From: Holophagales bacterium UBA5704
GTDB lineage: Bacteria; Acidobacteriota; Thermoanaerobaculia; Multivoradales; UBA5704
Direction of reading: 5' to 3'
DNA length: 64,000 nt
Assembly (NCBI GenBank): GCA_002420005.1
Contig: DIHE01000157.1
Span: forward strand, 18,296-82,295
In this document: positions 9,091 to 18,000 of the stretch, piece after piece
Position numbering within the stretch: the first letter of the stretch is position 1
Layout: every line of letters starts with the position of its first letter
Made by a program: the position numbers and the translations under genes
The notes under the pieces: generated by a model
Databases searched by the model: none
Seen by the model: only the letters and a program-made list of their open reading frames with translations
What the model was told of the DNA's origin: nothing

Positions 9091-12000
9091 CGGCCGCTCC
9101 GGATCTCTGCGGCCTCTTCGATCGGCAGGCGGAGGCGCGCCCTGAGGCTCTCGCCGTGGTCGCGGGCGCGCAGAGCCTGACCTGGCGCGAGCTGGCGGAC
9201 CAGGCCAACCGCCTGGCCCATCATCTGCGGCGCCTCGGCGTCGGCCCCGAGGTCTGCGTCGCTCTCTGCCTCGACCGCTCGGTCGAGATGATCGTCTCCC
9301 TGCTGGCGGTGCTCAAGGCCGGCGGCGCCTACGTGCCGCTCGATCCGGGTCTGCCCCAGGAGCGGCTGGAGCTGATGCTCGCCGATGCCGGAGCCCGGGT
9401 GCTGGTGGTGCACGGGCCGACCTCTCTCCTGCTCCCGGCGGTGCCGGCGATCCGCCTCGACCTCGGTGCGGCCGGGGCGGCGCTCGCCGCGGAGAGCCCC
9501 GTGGCCCCGCCACCCGCCGCGGATGCGGACAACCTGGCCTATGTGATCTACACCTCCGGCTCGACCGGCCGGCCGAAGGGCGTCGCGATCTCGCGGGGCC
9601 AATTGGCGAGCTACACCCAGGCGGTGGCGCACCGGCTCGACCTGCCCGCGGGCGCCGGGTACGCGCTGATCTCGACCTTCGCTGCGGACCTCGGCAACAC
9701 CGTTCTCTTTCCCGCGCTCGCCGGCGGCGGCTGCCTGCACGTCCTGACGCAGGAGCATGCCTCCGACACGGCGGCGCTGGCGGACTACGCCGGACGCCAC
9801 GCGATCGACTGCCTGAAGATCGTCCCCTCGCACCTGCGCGCCCTCCTCGACGGCCCGCGGCCCGAGCGCGTGCTGCCGCGCAGGTGCCTGGTGCTCGGTG
9901 GAGAGGCGACCGACTGGGCCTTCCTGGCCCGCGTCCAGGAGCTGGCGCCCGGGTGCCGGGTGCTGAACCACTACGGCCCGACCGAAACCACGGTGGGCGC
10001 GCTGACCTGTGCCGTGCCGCACGGCTGGCGCGATCCCGACGCCGCGACCCTGCCGCTCGGGCGGCCCCTCCCCAACAGCCGGGTGTATGTCGTGGACGCC
10101 CGGTTGCAGGCGGTACCGGGTTGGGTGCCGGGTGAGGTGCTCATCGGCGGCGAGGGCGTGGCGCGCGGCTATGTGGGCCACCCCGCCCTGACCGCGGAGC
10201 GGTTCGTGCCCGATCCCTTCGCCGCGAGCCCCGGCCGGCGGGTCTACCGAAGCGGCGATCTGGCGCGCCATCTGCCGAGCGGCCTCCTCGAGTTCCTCGG
10301 CCGCAGCGACGACCAGGTGAAGATCCGCGGCTTCCGGGTCGAGCCCGGCGAGGTCGCGGCCCTGCTGCGCGGCCACCCGGCGGTGCGGGAAGCCGTGGTG
10401 CTGGCGCGCGAGGACGGGGGAGAGGGCAGGCGTCTGGTCGCCTATGTGGTGCCGGCCCGCGGCGGGCAGATCGCGCCGGACGAGCTGCGCTCCTGGCTGC
10501 GGCAGCGGCTTCCGGAGCACATGGTCCCCGCGGCTCTCGTCGTGCTCAAGGCCCTCCCGTTGACCTCCAACGGCAAGCTGGACCGCCGCGCCCTGCCGGC
10601 GCCGGAGCCGCCTCCCACCTCTCCGGCCGCGGGAGGCGCGCCACCGGACCCGGCCGAGGAGATCCTGCTCGGGATCTGGAGCGATCTGCTCGGCACGGCG
10701 CGGCGGATCGGCCGCCGCGACAGCTTCTTCGAGCTCGGCGGGCATTCGTTGCTGGCGATGCAGCTCATCTCGCGGGTGCGCGACGCCTTCCATGTGGAGA
10801 TCCCCCTCCCGGTGCTGTTCTCCACACCGACGGTGGCCGGCCTTGCGGAACGCATCGCGGCGGCCGGCCGGCCGGGCCGGGCGGTGGCGCCGCCGATCGA
10901 GCGTGTGCCGCGCGGGGGCGATCTGCCGCTTTCGTTCGCGCAGCAGCGCCTGTGGTTCCTCGACCGTCTCGAGCCGGGGAGCCCGTTCTACAACATCACC
11001 CGCGCCCTGCGGCTGCACGGCCACCTGGACGTCCGCTCGCTCGGCCGTGCCCTGGGCGAGATCGTCCGGCGGCATGAAGCACTGCGCACCACGTTCCCGT
11101 CGTCCGGCGGGTTCCCGGCCCAGGTGATCGCCGCCGCCGGAGACGCCTCCCTCTCCCTCGTCGACCTCGGCGGTCTCGGTACGGCCGGGCGCGAGGCGGT
11201 CGCGCTGGACCTGGCGACCCTCTGGGCACGGTCTCCCTTCGATCTGGCGCGCGGTCCTCTGCTGCGCCTCGGCCTGCTGCGGCTCGGCGAGCAGGAGCAC
11301 CTGCTGCTCGCGGCCGTCCACCACAGTGTCGCCGACGGCTGGTCCATGGGCGTGCTGGTGCGCGAGATCGGGGCGCTCTATGCGGCGTTCGTCCAGGGGG
11401 AGCCGTCCCCGCTGCCCGAGCTGCCCGTGCAGTACGCCGACTTCGCCGCCTGGCAGCGCAGTTGGCTGCAAGGCGAGGTCCTGGAGGAACAGATCGCCTT
11501 TTGGCGAGGCCGCCTCGCCGGAGCCCCCCGCGTGCTGGAGCTGCCGGCGGATCGGCCGCGCCCCCCGGTGCAGACCTTCCGGGGTGCCGTGCAGCCCCTG
11601 GTCCTGCCGCCCGCTCTTGCGCAGGCGGCTCGCGGCCTCGGCCGCCGGGAGAGCGCGACCCTCTTCATGACCCTGCTCGCCGCCTGGGCGGTTCTGCTCG
11701 GCCGCCACGCCGGGCAGGAGGACCTGCTGGTGGGGACGCCGATCGCCGGCCGCAACCGGCGCGAGATCGAGGACCTGGTCGGGTTCTTCGTCAACACCCT
11801 CGTCCTGCGCATCGAGCTGAGCGCAGGGGACAGTGGGACGGCGCCGGCGTTCCTGGAGGTCCTGGGGAGGGTGCGCGCCGGAGCCCTCACGGCTTTTGCC
11901 CACCAGGATCTCCCCTTCGAGCGCCTCGTCGAGGAGCTCGCCCCGGAGCGGGACCTCTCGCGCTCGCCGCTGTTCCAGGTCCTGTTCTCGCTGCAGAATG

Positions 12001-15000
12001 CGCCCGCCGGGGAGCTGCGGCTCCCCGGTCTCACCCTGGCCCCGGTGGAGACCGGGGCCGCGGTGGCGAAGTTCGATCTCTCGCTGTATCTCGTGGAGAC
12101 CGGCGCGGAGATCACGGGCGGGCTGGAGCACAATAGGGATCTGTTCGACGCGGGCACGGTGGAGCGGCTGGGAGCCCGCTTTGCAGCGCTCCTCGCAGCA
12201 GCCGTGGCGGACCCCGGTTGCCCGGTCGGGGACCTGCCGCTCCTGTCGCCGGCGGAGGTGGAGCAGCTCGTGACCGGCTGGAACGACACGGCCGAGCCGT
12301 TCCCGGCCGACCTCTGCGTCCATGAGCGGATCGCGGCGCAGGCGGCCCGGACACCGGAGGCCGTCGCCCTGTCCTTCGGCGGCGAGCCTCTCTTCTACCA
12401 GGAGCTCGTGGAGCGCGCCGGGCGGCTCGCCCGCCGGCTGGTCCGTCTGGGCGTCGGGCCGGACGTGCCGGTCGGCCTCTGTGCCGACCGCTCGCCCGCC
12501 CTGCTGGTGGGAGTGCTCGGGATTCTCCAGGCCGGCGGCGCTTACGTGCCGCTCGATCCGACCCATCCGCGGGAGCGTCTGGGGGCCATCCTGGCCGACT
12601 CCGGCCTCCGCGTCCTGGTCACCGAGAACGCTCTGCTCGGGACCTTGCCACACCACGGGGTGCCTCTCGTTCTCCTCGACGGCGAGACGGCCGGGGACGG
12701 GCGCGTGCCGTTGCCGCGGGTGCACCCCGAAAACCTGGCGTACGTCCTCTTCACCTCGGGCTCGACCGGCCGGTCCAAGGGGGTCGCGGTGAGCCACCGC
12801 GGCGTGATGAACTTTCTGACCACCTTGGCGGCACGGGCGGGGTTTTCCGCCGGCGACGTGGTGGTGGCCCTCACCACGCTCTCGTTCGACATCGCGGTCA
12901 CCGAGCTGCTCCTGCCGCTGACGATCGGAGCGCGGATCGAGCTGGTGCGCCGCGAGACGGCCGGCGACGCGCGGCTGCTGGCCGCGGCTCTGGAGTCGGC
13001 GGGCGCCACGGTGTTGCAGGCGACGCCGGCCACCTGGACCCTGCTGGTCGATGGGGGCTGGCAGGGCCGTCCCGGGCTCAAGGCGCTGTGCGGCGGTGAG
13101 GCCCTGCCGCGGGCTCTCGCCGATCGGCTGCTGCTCCGGGCCGCGGAGCTGTGGAACCTCTACGGCCCGACCGAGACCACGGTCTGGTCGACGCTTCACC
13201 GGATCACCGCAGACGAGCGCCGGGTGCCGATCGGACATCCCCTGGGCAACACCACGGTCCACCTCCTGGGGCGCTGGGGTGAGCTGGTGCCGGTCGGCGT
13301 GGTGGGCGAGCTGTGGATCGGCGGCGCCGGCCTGGCGCGCGGCTACCACGGCCGGCCCGACCTGACGGCCGAGCGGTTCCTCCCCGATCCCTTCGCAGCG
13401 CCCGGTGCGCGGCTCTACCGCACGGGCGACCTCGCCCGCCGCCTGCCCGACGGAGCGCTCGACTACCTGGGCCGCGCCGATTTCCAGGTGAAGGTGCGCG
13501 GTCACCGCATCGAGCTGGGGGAGATCGAGGCCGCGCTGCGCCGGCATCCGGATGTCCGCGACGCGGTGGCCGTGGTCCGCCAGGACGCACCCGACGAGAA
13601 GCGGCTGGCCGCCTACGTGGTGCCGGCGCAGGGAAAGGGGATCGGAGCCGCGGCACTGGCCGACTTCCTGCGTGGGATCCTGCCCGCCTCCATGATCCCT
13701 GCGGCCTTCTCCTTCCTGCCGGCGCTCCCCTTGACGCCCTCCGGCAAGGTCGACCGCCGCGCTCTGCCGGCGCCGGATCGCCGGGCCGCCGCTGCGGGCG
13801 CCGTGGAGCCGCGCGATCCGCTGGAGGAGCTGCTGGCCGGGGTCTGGGCGGAGGTCCTGCGGCTCGACCGGGTCGGCGTCCACGACGATTTCTTCCTCCT
13901 CGGAGGCCACTCCCTGCTGGCCACCCAGGTGATCTCGCGCCTGCACCAGGCGCTCGGGATGGAAGTGCCGCTGCGGTGGCTGTTCGAAGCTCCCACCGTG
14001 GCCGGGTTGGCGCGGAAGATTCTCGCCGGGCGGGCCGAGGGCGCGGCGACGCCGGCGCCTCCGCTCGTGCCGGTGCCGCGCGGCGGAGACCTCCCCCTCT
14101 CCTTCGCCCAGCAGAGGCTCTGGCTCATCGACCGTCTCGATCCCGGCAGCCCGGCCTACAACATGCCGCTGGCCCTGCGCCTGACCGGCGAGGTCACGCC
14201 CGCCCGGCTGGGGTGCATCTTCGCGGCCATCGTCCGGCGGCACGAGGTGCTGCGCACCACGTTCGTGGTCCGTGCGGGGGCGCCGGTGCAGGTGATCGCG
14301 CCCGCGGAGGATCGGACACCGCCCGTACCGGTCGTCGATCTGTCGTACCTGCCGGACGCGGCGGGCACGGCGGCGGCGCTCGCCCGCGACGAGGCACGCC
14401 GCCCCTTCGATCTGCGGCACGGCCCGCTGCTGCGCCTCGGCCTGCTCCGGCTGGGCACGGACGACCACGTCCTGCTTCTGACCCTGCATCACGTCGTCAC
14501 CGACGGCTGGTCTCAGGGAGTCCTGCTGCGCGAGATCGCCGAGCTCCACACCGCCTTCACCGAGGGGCGGCCTCCCGCCCTGCCGGAGCTCCCGGTGCAG
14601 TACGCCGATTTCGCCGTCTGGCAGAGGAGCTGGTTGCAGGGCGCCGTGCTGGCGGAACAGCTCGGCCACTGGCGGCGGCGCCTCGCCGGGGCACCGCGGC
14701 AGCTGGAGCTGCCCACGGATCGCCCGCGCCCGCCGTTGAAGACCCGCCGCGGTGCGAAGCGCCCGGTCGCCCTCCCGCCGGACCTGGCGGCGGGGATCCG
14801 GGAGCTGGGGCGGCGGGAGGGGGTCACCCCCTTCATGGTCCTCCTCGCCGCCTGGGCGCTCCTTCTCGGCCGTCACGCAGGCCAGGAGGACGTGGTGGTG
14901 GGCACGCCCATCGCCGGCCGCAACCGCCGCGAGCTCGAGGACCTCATCGGGTTCTTCGTCAACACCCTCGCCCTGCGCATCCGGCTCGACGGCTCCGGCT

Positions 15001-18000
15001 CCCCGCCCGCCTTCCGGGAGCTGCTCGGCCGCGTGCGCGAGAGCGCTCTGGATGCGTTCGCGCACCAGGACGTACCGTTCGAGCGCCTCGTCGAAGAGCT
15101 GGCTCCCGAGCGGGACCTCGCGCCCTCCCCGCTGTTCCAGGTCCTCTTCGTGCTGCAGAACCTGCCGGTCGCCGCACCGGCGGTGCCGGGGCTCTCTCTG
15201 GTGCCCCTCCCCATCGACAACGGAACGGCGAAGCTCGACCTGACGCTCTCCCTGAGCGAGGGGGCCGCCGGCTTTGCCGGCTCCCTGGAGCACGACCTCG
15301 ACCTGTTCGACGACGCGACGGTGGAGCGCCTGCCGGCCCGTTTCGCGGTGCTCCTCACGGGAGCCGTGGCGGCGCCCGGCCGGGCGCTGCCGGACCTGCC
15401 GCTGCTCCTCCCGGCGGAGCTGGAGCAGGTGGTGCACACCTGGAACGCCACGACCCGCGAGTACCCGCGGGACTCCTCCCTGCCCGAGCTGTTCGCCCGG
15501 GTGGCGCAGGAGCTGCCGGACGGCCCGGCGGTGATCGGCTCCGGAGAGGTCTGGAGCTACCGCCGGCTCGCCGCGGCATCCGACCGCCTCGCGCGGCGGC
15601 TGCGCGCCCTCGGGGTCGGGCCGGAAACCCCGGTCGGCCTCGCCATCGAGCGCTCGCCCGCGCTGGTCCTGGGCACCCTGGCCATCGTCAAGGCCGGCGG
15701 CGCCTACGTGCCGCTCGATGCCGGCCATCCCGACGAGCGCCTCGCCTTCCTCCTGGCGGACACCGGAGCGCGCATCGTGCTGGTGCACGGCGCCACGCGG
15801 GACCGGATGGCGGCGCTCGGCGCCTGCTGCGTGGACCTTGAAGACGCGCCGGACGAGAGCGCTGCGCCCCCGCCACCGCCACACCTTCCGGCCGACAGTC
15901 TCGCCTACGTCCTCTACACCTCGGGCTCGACCGGCCGGCCGAAGGGGGTGGCCGTGCCGCACCGGGCCGTCGTGCGGCTGGTGCGCCAGACCGACCACCT
16001 GCGCCTGGGACCCGGCGACCGCGTGGCCCACCTGTCGAATACGAGCTTCGACGCAGCCACCTACGAGATCTGGGGCGCCCTGCTCAACGGCGCCGCCGTG
16101 GCCGTGATCCCGCGCGACACCGTGCTTTCGTCCTCCGCCGGGCTCGCGGCGGCCCTGGCGGAGCAGCGGGTCACCTCGATGTTCCTCACCTCGGCGCTGT
16201 TCACCCGGATGGCGGCCGAGGTGCCGGACGCCTTCCACCACCTGCACGAGGTGCTCGTCGGCGGCGAGGCGGTGAGCCCCGCCGCCGCCCGCAGAGTGCT
16301 GGCCGGCCGGCCGCCGCGCCGCCTGCTCAACGCGTACGGCCCGACCGAGAGCACGACCTTCGCCGCCTGGTATCCGATCCGGGAGGTCCCGGCGGACGCG
16401 GTCTCGGTCCCCATCGGGTTTCCGCTGGCCAACACGACGCTCTACGTGCTGGACCGCCGGTGGTCTCCGGTCCCGCCCGGCTCGGTGGGAGAGCTCGCCA
16501 TCGGCGGCGACGGCCTCGCCCGCGGCTATCTGGGCCGTCCGGAGCTCTCCGCCGAACGCTTCGTTCCCCATCCCTGGGGCGACGGTGAGCGCTTGTACCG
16601 CACCGGGGACCTGGTGCGGCGGCGGCCTGATGGGGCGCTGGAGATCCTCGGCCGGCTCGACCACCAGATCAAGATCCGCGGCTTCCGGATCGAGCCGGGT
16701 GAGATCGAGACGGTCCTGGCGAGCCATCCGGCGATCCGCGAGTGTGTGGTCGTGGCGTGCGAGGGCCCGCCGGGATCGCATTTCCTGGCCGCCTATGTCG
16801 TGGGCTCCGCGGAGCCTCCCGAGGCGACGGGTCTCCGCACCTTCCTGAGCGAACGGCTGCCCGGCTACATGGTGCCGTCCGCGTTCGTGGTCCTGGAGGC
16901 CCTGCCGTTCTCGCCGAACGGCAAGGTGGACCGGAGGGCCCTGCCGGACCCGCAAGGCCACGGCTCACCGGAGCACGCCTTCGTGGCACCCTCCGATCCG
17001 GTGGAGGTGAAGCTGGCCGCGATCTGGAGCGAGGTGCTGCGGCGCGACCGGATCGGGGCCGAGGACGACTTCTTCGCGCTGGGCGGACACTCCCTGCTGG
17101 CCACCCAGGTGGTCACCCGGGTGGAGGAGGTGCTGGGCGTGGAGATCCCGCTGCGCGATGTCTTCGAAGCACCGACCCTGCGCCGCCTCGCCCGCCGTCT
17201 GCGCGAACAACACGGTGGAGAGACCGCCACACCGCCCCTCCTGCCCGCCACCGACCCGCCGCGGAGCGCTCCCTTGTCCTTCGCCCAGCAGCGGCTCTGG
17301 TTTCTGAACCAGCTCGAGCCGGGAAACCCGGCCTACAATGTCCCGCTGGCGGTTCGCCTCACCGGCGGGCTGTCGGTGGAAGCGCTGGAGAGGACCTTTG
17401 CCGAGGTCGTGCGCCGGCACGAGGCGCTGCGGACCTCGTTCCCGGTCGAAGCCGGACAGCCGGTGCAGAGGATCGCGGCGAGCGGGGACCTGCGGCTGGA
17501 GCTGCAGCCCGTCGATCTGTCGGACGCCCCGGAGGAGGCGCGCGAAGAATGGGTCCACAAACTGGTCCAGGAGGAGGCCGGGCATCCGTTCGATCTGGAG
17601 AACGGTGCGCTGCTGCGCTGCGGCCTGCTGCGCCTGGGTGAACGGGAGCACCTTCTGTTGGTGACCTTCCACCACATCGTCTCCGACGGCTGGTCCATGG
17701 GCGTCCTGCTGCGCGAGCTCGGCGCCTTGTATCCGGCCTTCCTCCGCGGCGAGCCTTCACCTCTTCCCGAGTTGAGGTCGCAATACGCCGATTTCGCGCG
17801 TTGGCAGCGGAGCCGGCTGCAGGGGGAGGTCCTGGAGCAGCTCCTCTCCCATTGGAAAGACGCGCTCGCCGGAGCTCCGACCCTGCTGGAGCTGCCCACG
17901 GATCGGCCACGGCCGGCGGTTCAGTCCTACCGCGGTGCCTTGGCCGGCCTGACCCTGGCACCCGGCTTGCCGGCGGCCCTCCGCGAGCTCTGCCGGAAGG

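Noticed and set aside
1941-16961. Very long minus-strand ORFs (1941..6914, 1657 aa; 7683..16961, 3092 aa; also 16965..17675 and 17757..20432) opposite the NRPS genes
   Set aside because: These are antisense shadow ORFs, typical of very GC-rich DNA. Their translations are Arg/Gly/Pro/Ala-rich with no recognisable motifs, whereas the plus strand carries complete, ordered NRPS core motifs.
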